Shown here one piece after another: positions 52,919 through 64,000 of a stretch of 64,000 nt of DNA. The stretch is taken from NCBI GenBank assembly GCA_951406725.2, contig OX597816.1, positions 66,278,001 to 66,342,000 of the forward strand, in the 5' to 3' direction. How positions within the stretch are numbered: the stretch's first letter is position 1; each line of letters begins with the position of its first letter. The stretch comes from Octopus vulgaris (taxonomy: Eukaryota). Made by a program: the position numbers and the translations under genes. The notes beneath the pieces were generated by a model, which worked only from the letters and a program-made list of their open reading frames with translations, made no database searches and was not told where the DNA came from.

Positions 52919-55900
52919 AATTAACACTTCCTTCTCCAAGCCTAGATTCAAAACCGAATCCAAGAATTCCAAACCACGACGATCAATAGGCGCGAAAAAG
53001 GTTTTCTTTGTCCTGTCAAAAACTGATTGATCATCTCCCTTTGACCTGCAACCTCAGCATGTCAGGCAAGTTCAACTGGACAGGGGCTGACCTATTTAGG
53101 TACAAACTCTGCTGCAGTATGTCTGTCTTTCTAGCTGCCACGACTTATTATAAATATAGTGGTGAAACAAGAAAGGCAGTCAGACAGACGAGAAAGATCT
53201 ACGACACGACAGGTTTTGGCAGACCGCAGAGACTGAGAGAAATGTTCGAAGTGTCACGATAGACTACTGTCTCAAATGATTCACGCACACACACAAACAT
53301 ATTCATTCCTGATATGACTTCCATGAATGTACTCTGTATTTCTTGCAACTCGTAGCAGTTGCCAACATTTTGTATGTAGTCTACCTATAATGAATCAAAT
53401 CCTGTAAATAAATTCTTTTCAATTATGGATCGGTTTACGTATTTGTTTACATACACACTTAACCACTACATATATATATCATAAATTACGAATATATTAA
53501 AATTACAGTGTACATTTAGTATGATTTATTGTTCATATAATCCTTAACAGATGTGCTGTTAGTATAGTTAAGTTGTTAATATACTAACTAATTAACTGTT
53601 AAGATATTGATATAAATGATATTAGACATTATAAGCACCAATTTCTGATAGAAAAGTAAAACTGACCATTTATCTATCACTTATTGAATCATTGTTAACA
53701 ATAAACTGTGGGGTGTTTCATCAGGTAATGCAAACTGTTTCTGCTATATGGCTGACAAAATATTCACAAGATACTTTGTCAGTCATTTAGCACCAGTAAT
53801 ACTAGTTAATATAAAGTTTTATAATACAAAATGGTGTATGATTAACTGTAATTAATATACATACTGTATATAACATTTTAAGCTAAGTTAGTATTGTTTT
53901 CAATCTCACTTCATATTGTTTAGCATACAATGCAGTTAGACTAGATATAAACACATAAAAGATTATTTTTAAAGAAGGATAGAGTGAAAATGTATTTAAT
54001 AAAAGGAAGTTCAGTCTAATCAAATAAACAAACAATTGAAAATTAAGCAAGAGAGAAGAAACAGAAATTGTACTGAAAAGCTGAATGTAACTACAGAGTA
54101 TATGTTTTACTCTGGGAAAAATATTTGAAACAATATGGAAATGAAAAGTAAGTGTATGTGTTGTGCATAAAAGAGATGCATGAAAAGGAAACAAGAAAAG
54201 TAAAAACATGCCAATCATGAAAAGAAGCATGACATACAGAAAATATAGACGTTTTTGGATAGCAAGCAGTGAAGTGAAGCTTGAATGCATTTAAAGAGAT
54301 CTATGACCAACTGATCTTGCCCTCGTTAACAGACTAGCAGGCTACAATCAGGATGCAGTATGAGACATTTGATAATCACATGATACACAAGAAACAACAA
54401 CAATACTGGTTTCTTATATAAGCACAAGGCCAGACATTTGTAGGAGGTGGAGAGAGTTGATTGATTGGACTCCAGTATTTGACTGGCACTTATCATTGAC
54501 GTTATGAGAGGCAAAGCTGATCTCAGCAGGATTTGAACTAAGAAGGTGTGATCATGTTAAATATTGCAAAGCAATTCTACAGAGTCAAGAGTAACATAAA
54601 GGAAGATGAAGAAGCAATAAGTTGGCAGAAATGAGGAACACCTTACATTTTTTCCTTTTTTTTTTCTTTTTGTAATTGCTGGGTCTAAGGGAAAGGAGAA
54701 GTGCCAATGGCCTTTGCAGGACCTCCTAGACTAATGAGGTCCTTGCCATTACTGTTCCTTTTGAATATTTAAAGTAACATGAATTTCAAAAGAGCAATGT
54801 TCAGGAACAAATGGTTAACATGTAGTGATTGGGAGGTTTGATACACAAGGATGATGAAGGAGGAGAGACAAGAGTCTAACCAACCCAAAAGAACAAAGAT
54901 CACTATAGTAGCAAAACAAAGGGTAAAGAAAGAAACATGCTTGTGGGCCAGAGGCTGGGGCATGTATTTGAGTACCTTTATGCCCATCTGTCTGGTGACT
55001 ATTTTCTGGATGCAATCTAGATGTTGCCAGATGTTGTGATGCACTCAACATTTGGAACAATTGTAAGGTTTTTAGCTATGTGCTGGTTATGATCAAGGCA
55101 AGGAGTGCAATGGTGTTTTCTTGATGTAAATAACATTTTGACTATTTTGTTGTAGAAAGAGACAAGATTGGTATATCCCCACTGAAAATTGCTTTTAAGG
55201 TCACTGCTTAGGGAGACAGAGAGGGTTTGGTGTGTAGGATCAAGGTTGTGAGTGAAAGTTAGGGAAGAATGAAGGGTAGTGTCATCTGTGTAAGAATGGC
55301 TGTTGTTGGATGTGATGGTAAATCATTGATGTATAGATGAAAGATAGTGGAAGTTAAGACTGACTTTTTGGGTACACTGAAGTTGATAGATGGTGGAACC
55401 CATAGGTGGGCAGTTTCCATGAGATTCACAAGGTAGACATGGTTGAAAGCTTTGCTCATATCAAGAGTGATAAGATTGCTTTGGTTAAATTTCTCAAAGG
55501 CAAGAACCCACTAGTAAGAGATATAGAAAAGCAAGTCACTAGTGGATATGACTTAATGAAAACAAGATTGGTGGTTGCTAAGGAGAGAGAGATAAGGAGA
55601 TTAAAGATGCTGGAGGATGTCTGTGTTAATGACTTTTGCCATTACCTTGAACCTCTTGTAAAGCAGGCAAGTGTGAAAAAAGGATAAAGAATTTGAGGAA
55701 AATGATGTTGAGAGATGACAAGTAAAGTAAAAAATTTCAAATTGATGAGAAGTGTAAAAGAAGGCACATCAAGTCAATTTAGCTATGAATAAAATTAAAT
55801 GGGGTTTGTGAGTCTAAAGAAGCTATACATAGTTGCTTGATCTTCTAAAAATAAGTCAACTTTCCCTCCTATTATAATTTACCATCTTTAAAAAAGGAAT

Positions 55901-58900
55901 GACTTTGGATCCAGTTGTACTAGGAAGTGTACAAATACTACATAGAGTAATTTCAATACAAAAGAAATACACAAAATTAAAGCAGAACATACCCAAGATG
56001 CATAGAGTTGTGCTTGAGACTGTAATAAAAGCATGCAATTAATAAGTCTGCTGAACAATAATAATGTTCCTAATATAGACACAAGGCCTGAAGTTTTGTA
56101 AGGAGGGAGTTAGTCAATTAAACTGATCCTAATACTTGACAGACATTTTATTTTATCAACCCCAAATGGATGAAAGGTAACTTTGTAGTTTGTTTAAGTA
56201 ATATGCTTTGCAACATTCTTCTCCATTGTAAACTGTTTAGTAGAAGTCAGTTACTTTACAGTATTGAGATAAAACATGGAATAAGTTAAGTCATTGCTCC
56301 AAGCATCATAAAATAAAAATTGTTTATTTTAGCTTGTGCATCACAGCAAACATTACAACTTCACCACCGCAGATATCCATAGATTTTGCAAATAGAAAGA
56401 GTGCCAGGATATGTTAGTAGTTTGCTTTCCACACCAGAACACAAACAACATTGAATATACAGTATATGAAATATATCCACAAAATATAAAAAGAGAATGA
56501 GCCAAAATATAAGGGCTAAAATGGAACAATAATAAACGATAAAGTAATAAAAAGATAAACAAAACCCAGATTGTTAAAAGTTTAAGTGTAAATAGCTGCT
56601 GCATTCAATGTGCATTTAAAAAAGGCAGTTAAGAGGCTAAAATTGAAAATACGGAAAATTCCAATAAATTTTAAATACAACCTGATCTAAAAAAAAATTA
56701 ATATTTTTTTTTCTATCTCAAAAATGGGTCTTTCTTCCTAAGAAGTAAAATAATTTAACAAGCAAGAATGTACAATGAAAGAGAAAAAAATTTTGAAAGT
56801 GTTGATGGAAATGTCCAATAAAAAAAAAAAAAAAAGACAAACAAAAAAAAACAGCCATGGCAGACAATAGGCTTTACAAAGAGAGTTACAACCTGAAAGG
56901 TTTCTCTGCTGTTACTCATGTGGCACTGTGTACTGCATGGAGTTGAAGAAAAGCACATACAGCCAACACCATGGAACTGGTGAAGGTAGCAAAAGGTGGT
57001 TATTAAAAGATTAACATTAGAATTGCCATAAATAAATAGTAAAATAAAAGTTTTAAAAATATGAAGAAAGTAAAAAAATAAATGTTGAAATATAAAAGAA
57101 GTCTCTAAGTAAAAATTGAAAATAGCTTGCAAATAAATAAAAGTAAGCATTCAAATGTATGAGCTTAAAAGGATTTATTGAACTTTGAATATCTTGCCAT
57201 CACAAATGTGATTAATCTTATTAAAAGGACTTTAGATCAACCTGCTGCCACCACCATGACCACCATCCACACACTTCAATTCATCATTACCATCACTGCT
57301 GAGACCCCCTTCAGTATGACTGACCATAGGATTGCACCTAGAAAGTTACCCTCCCAGGTACAAGTCCAGGCAAGGTTGTTTATGGAAGGCCAGCAGTCGC
57401 CCATGCATACTGGCCTCCCGTCTCCATGCCACCAGTGTTATGAAAGGCAAAGGCCGATACAGCTTGGCACCTGTGACGTTGCATCTCATTTCTACAGTTG
57501 AGTGAACTGGAGCAACGTGAAATAAAGTGTCTTGCTCAAGAACACAACACGCAGCCCGGTCCGGGATTCAAACTCACAACCTCACAATCGTAAGCTTGAT
57601 GCTCTAACCACTGAGCCATGTTCCTTCACTAACCATCACTAACCATAATGTAATCAATGGCATCAAGTGAGTCTCTACATGGTCTCTCCAGCTGCTAGAA
57701 ATAGCAACCAATTCTCCTTCAAATCACCCCTATACATAAGCTTAAACAAGAGTAATGACCATTTTTTTTTAAATTCCCGACATACCAATTCATGTAAAAC
57801 TCAACTGATTTCACAAGTGATGCATCACACATCACTAACACATACCAACACAATCGACTCATCTCATTAATCTACTATTCACATCTTCTGCAAACATTGG
57901 CTATATCTTTCATAATGTCAGGTATAATAATTTTTTTATGTCCCATTCTTCAACTTTTCTAGACTCTAGAGATAGACAAAACAAGACCAATCACATACAA
58001 ATAATAATGCAACTGCAAACACTATCATCATTACCATCACGACCCATAATGTCGTAATCAATGGCATCAAGTGAGCTTGAGTCTCTACATGGTTTCTCCA
58101 GCTACTAGAAATAGCAACCAATTCTCCTTCAAATCACATGCTACCATCTTAAAAAGGGAAGGGGAGAATGGAAAATGTAATTTTAAAGGCATGATTTTAG
58201 CCTGGCTATGGAAAAGTAAACAAGGTAGTTACCCAATAAGTTTTTATCTTCCTGGGAACAAAAAAAGTGAGAATGATTGGGCTACTTTGTCTTCTTAGAG
58301 AAAGAATAACCATTTTTGGTCCACAGAGAGATTAGTGGTATATAGCTATTTATAGCGTATACAAACCAGGACTCAGCTAAACTGATGCAGCTTCCTGGCT
58401 TCCCAGACCCCAGTCAAACCATCCAACCCACGCCAGCATGGAAAGCGGATGTCAAACGATGATAATGATATGTGTGTGTGTGTGTGTATATATATATAAA
58501 AGCACCATCCGTATGTGGCCAATGCCAGTGCCGCCTTGACTGGCTTCCATGTCAGTGGCACGTAAAAACCACCAACTGATCATGGTCGTTGCCAGCCTCC
58601 CCTGGCACCTGTGCCGGTGGTACGTAAAAAGCACCCACTACACTCATGGAGTGGTTGGCATTAGGAAGGGCATCCAGCTGTAGGAACACTGCCAGATCAG
58701 ACTGGATCCTGGTACAGCCTCCTGGTTTCCCAGACCCCGGTCGAACCGTACAACCCATGTCAGCATGGAAAACGGACGTTAAATGATGATGATCATATAT
58801 ATATATAAATAATTAATGAGAGACAGAAGATGGAAGATGCAAGAAAGTTTACTGATCACTATAAATGTTTTGACCTATCTAGCATCGATCCCTCTTGGAT

Positions 58901-59230
58901 GGGAGATCACAGTATAGATATTCAGTATTCCACTTGTGAGGGGTCGACACTAGATAGGTCGAAACAATTATAGTGATCAATAAGCTTTCTCTTATCATCC
59001 TCCATCTCTCTCATTAATCAAATATCCAACAAGCACTGAGATAAGTGAATGTGCTTTACCAGTAAACTACCATATGTCATCATCATCATTGTTTAACATC
59101 CACTTTCCATGCTAGCATGGGTTGGACAATTTAACTGAGGACTGGCGAACCAGATGGCTGTACCAGGCTCCAATTTGATCTGGCAGAGTTTCTACAGCTG
59201 GATGCCCTTCATACAATTTATTAAGTAATA

Positions 59231-59265
<35 letters not shown>

Positions 59266-59526
59266 GATAGATAGATAGATGATAGATAGATGATAGATAG
59301 ATGATAGATGATAGATAGATAGATAGATAGATGATAGATAGATAGATGATAGATAGATAGATGATAGATGATAGATAGATAGATGATAGATAGATAGATG
59401 ATAGATGGAGAGATAGATAGATAGATAGATAGATAGATGATAGATAGATGATAGATAGATGATAGATAGATGATAGATAGATGATAGATAGATGATAGAT
59501 AGATGATAGATAGATGATAGATAGAT

Positions 59527-59568
<42 letters not shown>

Positions 59569-62500
59569 CAGATAGATAGATAGACAGATAAATAGACAGA
59601 CAGACAGACAGACAGACAGTTATGTTAAAATGTGAATTTACATAGGATTTATGCAAATATCTAACTAATACAATCAATTCTGTTTCGCTGCATACTGGAT
59701 AATTGTATAATTTTTTAAGACTGAACTGTTTCATGTCAAATCTATCAACCTAAATGTTCAATTCTATGATAGATTTTGCCCATCTTTAAGAAAAATTTTA
59801 TGCAATTAACGAAAACTTGTATTTGCATATGCAATTATCCCATCAACTTTAAATAGACTTGGTGTTAATAAGTATTGTTGTTTGTTCCTTCTCGAGCCAC
59901 GCCTGGCTCATTAGGGCCGGTTTCTCAGTTTCATTGGTGTGTAGGTTCCCCACCTGGACGGGACGCCGGTCAGTCACAGGTGAGCTGCAAGATGCAGGAG
60001 GAAAAAGTGAGAGAAAGTAGTGGCGAAAGAGTCAGCAGAAGTTCGCCATTACCTTCCGCCGGAGCCACGTGGAGCTTAGGTGTTTCGCTCATAAACACAC
60101 ACATCACCCGGTCTGAGATTCGAACCCACAATCCCTCGACCGGGAGTTCACTGCTCTAACAAGTAGGCCATGTGCCTCTATGCTCGTAAGTATAATGATT
60201 TGAAAAGTTATGCCATTAAGTGAACTATGCTATTAAAGAGTATGCAGTTAAGCAGAATCAATTGTATTACCCATTTGTGTAAATCAAACATACAAGACAT
60301 GAATTTATCTATATAACATTATCATTAGTCTAAAATATTGATCTCATATACAAAATGGATCAAACATCAACTTATTCAAGTTCTTACCAAGAGAAAAATT
60401 ATTGGAAATTCTTTGTACCAATGAGATTCATTTATGAAACTACTTTATTTTTGGACTTTCTTTATTTCTTATCGTTTCTTAGTCAAACAAATTGGCCCCA
60501 GAACTTATTCTTAAAATCTGGTACTTTATCAGCTTCTTTTGCTGAACTGCTAAGTTAAAGGGATGTAAATAAACCAATACGACTTGTCAAGAACTGAAGT
60601 GGGTGGGGGGCAAACACAAACATATGTAAGTATATAGATAGGTAGATAGATATGATGGGTTTCCAAAACAGTTTCCATCTACCAAGTTCACTCACAAGCA
60701 TTGGTTTGTCGAGGACTATAGAAGACACTTGCCCAAGGTGCAGTGCAATGGAACTGAACCCCCCTCCCCCCAAAAAACCCCACATGGTCGTAAAGAGAGA
60801 TTCTTGACCACACAGTCAGGCTTATATTTTCCCAGAAGTTATACCTTAAATTCAACACTACTAACACATTAGAATACGCATCATTTTACACTCCAAGACC
60901 TATACAGTCAAGTTTCTTCCTAGTCTTTTCCGCTTTACATTCGTCTCTTTTCAATATTGTCTTTTTTCCAGACACATTTTTACCAATAATCCTCAACAAT
61001 TCTAAAGAAACAAAGAAATACCAATCAAAATCTCAAAAATTTCTGAAACTTTCCTCATTCTATAGTACCAACAAGATCAGGACAGTCAGTAATAAAATTA
61101 TTCTTGTCAGAAATATGATCAAAAGCATATTAAAGTGGTTTCTAGCTGACAAATATTGGACACATTCTTCTTAACAAAAGAAATTCAATTCCAAAACAGG
61201 TCTGAGAATAAAATATGATTTCTCAGTTAAGTTAGAAGAGGTGAATGAGTAAGTGAATAAATGAGAGTGAAGTGGTTGCATTGAAGAGAGAGAGGGGAAG
61301 AGATAAGAAAGGAGGGGGGAAGAAAAAAAGAAAGGAGAGGGAGAGTTTTGAGAGACAGAAATGCTTCCAAATATAAGTTCCAGATGGTTATGAAAAATCT
61401 ATGATTTCCCAGACATATTAAGTTCCAATAAGCTTTGAGTAATAACAGAAAATTTGGTGAAGAGATTTCAAGTCTATAAATAAATATACATTTAAATAAC
61501 TTTGAATCACCAATAACAACAGTTGTAGCAAGTTATAAGAAGTCTACACAATGACAAACATTATCATTAAAGGATAAAAACGAGATTAGAAAATTACAGC
61601 TCACCACTTCAGAGGAACAGAAGTTATCCTTAGACCAGAGACTTCATCTGAATGCAGGCAACAGAACAGACTCCATTAAAACCACCTTAAGGCCAACTGG
61701 TGGTATTGATCTGGGCAACAGATTAAAACTGTTATCAAAGAACAGGAACAGTCCTTCCGAAAGATGTCTGCACAGTTTCCATCAATCCAATTTCACTCAC
61801 AAGACACTTGTTGATGAGAGATTGTGACACAACATACTTGCGCATGCTGCCGTGCAGCAGGACAGAACCTAAATTTTTGTAGTTGAGAAGTTAACTAAAC
61901 TGCACAGCTGTGCCTGCACCTTCTACAAAAGGTTATGAAGACTCTCCTTCTGCCTCTGACTAAGTCTAGTAAAAATAAATAAATAAATGAGCATGCTAGA
62001 CTTTTCTTGACAATGTGTTGACATGTCATAGTTTCCGACGTACAACACTGATGTTGCTGAAAAATCACTCTTGATAATCCAATCCATGAAAGATAGGCAA
62101 TGTTTATGCATTGCACAAATGTTTGTTTCATTGCATTGCAATGTATAAATATCAAAGTCCATTGTCCACAAATTGGCACTTGAAAGTATTCCAATGTACC
62201 TTACCTAAAAGACTGCTATCTCCTGTATTAAAATCAAAAGGGATAATTTTCCATTGATGGATTTCTCTGATTAGAAAACAGCCAAGCAATTATTCTCTCA
62301 GATGTCATCACATTATTTGGGATTTGCATCATTTCTCTATACTGAATCAAGTTGAATGTTACCAACAGAATTGCCTGTGTAATTCCTCATTTTATTTTCC
62401 CATTCACAGCTTAGAGAGTGAATACACGAGTTATTCAGCACTTGTGATTTCCACTTTTTATATCAGAACTTTTCCAGATTATATAACAGCTGAAACATCT

Positions 62501-63273
62501 AAAGGTGAAGGTGTGTGGCTTGATGGTTAAGGTACTTCACTCTCAATTGGAAGATTGTGGTTTGATTTCTGGACTGGTGATGCATTATGTTCTTGAACAA
62601 AACATTTCATTTCCTGTTGCTCCAGTCCATGGTTCAGTAACAACAGAGAAGTTAACCCTGCGATAGACAGTGATGAAGGTTGCAATTTCAGTTACTTGTA
62701 TACTATGAAAACAGGTTTCCACTTCAACTTTATGAGACCAAGGGCTCATGACAAAAGAATAGATAAGATCCCGAAATGGTCCTTCAATTCATTCCATGTC
62801 TCCTTTAAATGCTAGAGAACTTAGATTAATGTCACCCATGCAATAAAAGGATGATTCAGCAGCTTTAGTGGCAAAAATCATGCTAGAATAATGAAACTGC
62901 AGCAATAATTTGTTACTGAATCCAGTTTGAGACATCAATATCTTGAGAGCAATCACAGCTAGTCTTTCTCAACAAAATAGAGAAGGCAAGCATAAGATGG
63001 TGATGACTTTTCATTTTCAATTTAACACACAATTGATGACTGTAGCTTTGAATTAATCCTGTGAATCAAAATTAAAAGATATGAAATAAATGTAGTGAAG
63101 ACTTACTGTTTTCTGAATATCAGAAATATGTAAAACTCTGACAGGTCCATCCATGAGAACTGTGACACTAATGAAACCAGAACCGGGTCGTTGTTTCTGA
63201 CGAGAAATTTGCATGTGAAATGGGACACTCTTCAATGTTGGAGAAGGTATTGGGCCAAGTAGAGTTATAGCAT
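16912..63273 (-). CDS. VPS13D: VPS13D-like bridge lipid transfer protein, C-terminal part (13 exons; continues beyond the window end)
   Basis: Exons 63107-63273, 41729-41845, 39975-40136, 38673-38813, 35714-35847, 27087-27274, 26831-26904, 24665-24832, 23994-24203, 23372-23622, 20864-21030, 19524-19612 and 16912-17004 join in phase. VPS13 motifs: RPGSG..S..V..DGP.RVL.I.D, GVGISLVN..PEEL, Q-IDNQL, ILGSIDFLGNPLGL, GLVGTVIKPVTGVLD. Confidence 0.92.
18440..18822 (-). mobile_element. SINE family A dimer
   Basis: Reverse complement of the 171-590 element. Confidence 0.85.
19524..19612 (-). CDS. VPS13D: VPS13D exon (DNYYVKFVKKNSIKAPPYIRCDSFAIAQR)
   Basis: tgtag| acceptor, AGG|gtaagt donor, in phase. 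Confidence 0.85.
20864..21030 (-). CDS. VPS13D: VPS13D exon, PH-like C-terminal region
   Basis: ttccag| acceptor, A|gtatgt donor, in phase with neighbouring exons. Confidence 0.85.
21892..22400 (-). mobile_element. Mariner transposon 3' part (transposase catalytic fragment), truncated by a SINE
   Basis: LLQDNAPVH, HPPHSPDLAPSDFHLF motifs; terminus TA|CGAGGGGCATTCAATAAGTAATG. Confidence 0.92.
23372..23622 (-). CDS. VPS13D: VPS13D exon (GFFTGLSKGLVGTVIKPVTGVLDFA...RIREPRCCHG)
   Basis: Conserved KP..G.LD motif; gaag| acceptor, |gtgagt donor. Confidence 0.95.
23994..24203 (-). CDS. VPS13D: VPS13D exon (VTSSLSDGL...GGLTSVVNQTYEG...GFG)
   Basis: ATG2-C-like helices; GT-AG sites, 210 bp. Confidence 0.94.
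24665..24832 (-). CDS. VPS13D: VPS13D exon (ELKSQAAKILGSIDFLGNPLGL...SNSTAK)
   Basis: Highly conserved VPS13 C-terminal motif; GT-AG sites. Confidence 0.96.
26241..26580 (-). mobile_element. tRNA-derived SINE, family D (second copy at 57300-57630)
   Basis: Head TGGCTCAGTGGTTAGAGC (A box) and TTGAATCCC (B box); near-identical second copy. Confidence 0.8.
26831..26904 (-). CDS. VPS13D: VPS13D exon (DAYVRQHVFETSTFLINEIKSHYTD)
   Basis: ttcag| acceptor, |gtaaga donor, 74 bp restores phase 0. Confidence 0.9.
27087..27274 (-). CDS. VPS13D: VPS13D exon (...KRYFFGLLRLN...ISFEDATVDL)
   Basis: tgtag| acceptor, G|gtcagt donor, phase 2 to 1. Confidence 0.9.
29690..30052. mobile_element. Inverted-repeat element with a hammerhead motif in each arm and a tRNA-like spacer
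   Basis: Arms ~29690-29830 and ~29917-30052 are diverged reverse complements; HHR-like motifs at 29740-29783 (-) and 29964-30004 (+). Confidence 0.7.
35714..35847 (-). CDS. VPS13D: VPS13D exon (HLIISVRKVKLHLEEMLLLKLLQF...)
   Basis: tacag| acceptor, AG|gtaaga donor, EE.LLLKLL motif. Confidence 0.9.
36216..36456. repeat. Near-perfect 240-bp palindrome (5-nt loop CCCAC) between (TA)n arrays
   Basis: Arms 36216-36333 and 36339-36456 pair with about 2 mismatches. Confidence 0.93.
38673..38813 (-). CDS. VPS13D: VPS13D exon (IDNQLFSAQRPVML...VEIFK)
   Basis: cttag| acceptor, AAG|gttggt donor, DNQL motif. Confidence 0.92.
39975..40136 (-). CDS. VPS13D: VPS13D exon (IVVHGLLSLPKGVGISLVNRVPEELVY...IGNVQ)
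   Basis: tttcag| acceptor, CAG|gtcagt donor, 162 bp. Confidence 0.92.
41729..41845 (-). CDS. VPS13D: VPS13D linker exon (NTSFADPNFEDLQLVDP...EQQKNK)
   Basis: ttatag| acceptor, |gttagt donor, 117 bp, phase 0-0, open frame; low-conservation linker. Confidence 0.75.
46530..48285 (-). mobile_element. Head-to-tail cluster of family A SINEs separated by (AAT)n
   Basis: Repeated CACAAGGCC...ACTGGTACTT...GGATGAAAGGCAAAGTCGACC...GAATTTGAACTCAGAA units, about 9 copies. Confidence 0.8.
52040..52700 (+). mobile_element. Highly decayed mariner transposase relic
   Basis: Scattered motifs AKFV..LLTNEQK, GYD, EFVP, LKG, GDYFEGD in shifting frames. Confidence 0.55.
54750..55410 (-). mobile_element. Decayed non-LTR retrotransposon RT fragment
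   Basis: SVPKKSVLTSTIFHLYINDL resembles GVPQGSVL.P.LF.LYINDL, followed by DDTT in another frame. Confidence 0.6.
58812..59018. repeat. Imperfect ~200-bp fold-back next to (TA)n
   Basis: ATTAATGAGAGA...TGATCACTATAA.TGTTTTGACCTATCTAG...CCCTC pairs with GAGGGGTCGA..CTAGATAGGTCGAAACA.TTATAGTGATCA...TCTCTCATTAAT. Confidence 0.8.
59233..59618. repeat. Compound microsatellite (TG)n-(GATA/GAT)n-(GACA)n
   Basis: Directly visible, ~385 bp. Confidence 0.97.
59875..60180 (-). mobile_element. tRNA-derived SINE (distinct family)
   Basis: The - strand head has TGGCCTACTTGTTAGAGC and GGTTCGAATCT pol III boxes, followed by a non-tRNA GC-rich body. Confidence 0.7.
63107..63273 (-). CDS. VPS13D: VPS13D exon (AITLLGPIP...QKQRPGSGFISVTVLMDGPVRVLHISDIQKT)
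   Basis: aag|AT acceptor, ACA|gtaagt donor; RPGSG/DGP motif typical of VPS13D. Confidence 0.88.
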
Positions 63274-64000
63274 CTTTAAAAAAGAAATTTAAGAGTGGGA
63301 TTTATTAGATTTTTTAAGGAAATGACCAGAAACAATTGAATGAAATATTTTCAATAAGTAAATATACACAACAAGTAGCTATGTCAGGCCTTGTCAAGGT
63401 TTATTAATGCCTAAAATAAATATAATCACTTTGATCATTATATTTATTATTTTTAAAGATATTATTTGAAGACACTGGCTGTCTCAAGTTGATACAAGAA
63501 TACTGATTCACTCAGAATTGCTGTATCAAAGTAATTCAGAAGATAGTTTTTAAAAAATTTAGAACCTAAAATAAAATTTTAAGCTTAAATATTTTTTCTT
63601 TTCTAAAGAAACAAGCTTTAGAAAAAAATATTATAGTAATTTACCTATTTCGTTCTAAATGAATTAGTTTTCTATTCAATAATTTTTTTAAGAATTAGGA
63701 AGTATACAATATGCCTAGTTTTTTCTGTCCGGAACTAAAAAGAACAAATTTCAGAAAATAAGCCACATAGCTTTTGACCTTCTCCTTAAACAGATGTACT
63801 TCTAAGCAGAATTGTGGCCCACAACTTGGAAAATACAATCATTCAACTTTTATACATTAAGATTCTGAGATACATTTAAAATATTTCTATAAAAATCTAC
63901 AAGTGTCCATTCATTCGAAGGGATTAAATCTCACTGATAAAATACCAAATGGTATGGAGAGGTGAAAGGAGGAGATTTTTCCAGGTCAATATGGCTGTTA

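Noticed and set aside
59192-59734. 180-aa ORF rich in SIYL repeats
   Set aside because: It is the translation of a (GATA)n microsatellite.
61605-61647. 43-bp - strand segment with a good acceptor and gtgagc donor (possible VPS13D poison exon)
   Set aside because: It introduces an immediate stop and frameshift. Such pseudo-exons are common by chance in a 21-kb intron, and there is no supporting evidence.

Overview
AT-rich, intron- and repeat-rich animal genomic DNA. The SINE families and (TA)n/(GATA)n load suggest a coleoid cephalopod such as Octopus (inference). Two convergent spliced genes occupy the window. The last five exons of pyruvate dehydrogenase E1 alpha (PDHA, + strand) end at the stop at 13953. 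Thirteen 3' exons of VPS13D (- strand) end at the stop at 16912. All exons were traced by hand with GT-AG sites and consistent phase. The introns hold tRNA-derived SINEs, mariner and piggyBac-type elements, and LINE relics. The most notable signal is a set of fold-back (self-inverted) elements, mostly at AT-rich microsatellites. The largest is a ~2-kb near-perfect palindrome (4808-6856) built from a Penelope-like GIY-YIG 3' end, with a visible snap-back junction and a hammerhead-ribozyme-like motif in each arm. Two further hammerhead-bearing repeat families and three smaller hairpins occur nearby. There is also a candidate in-frame 126-bp cassette exon in the 21-kb VPS13D intron.
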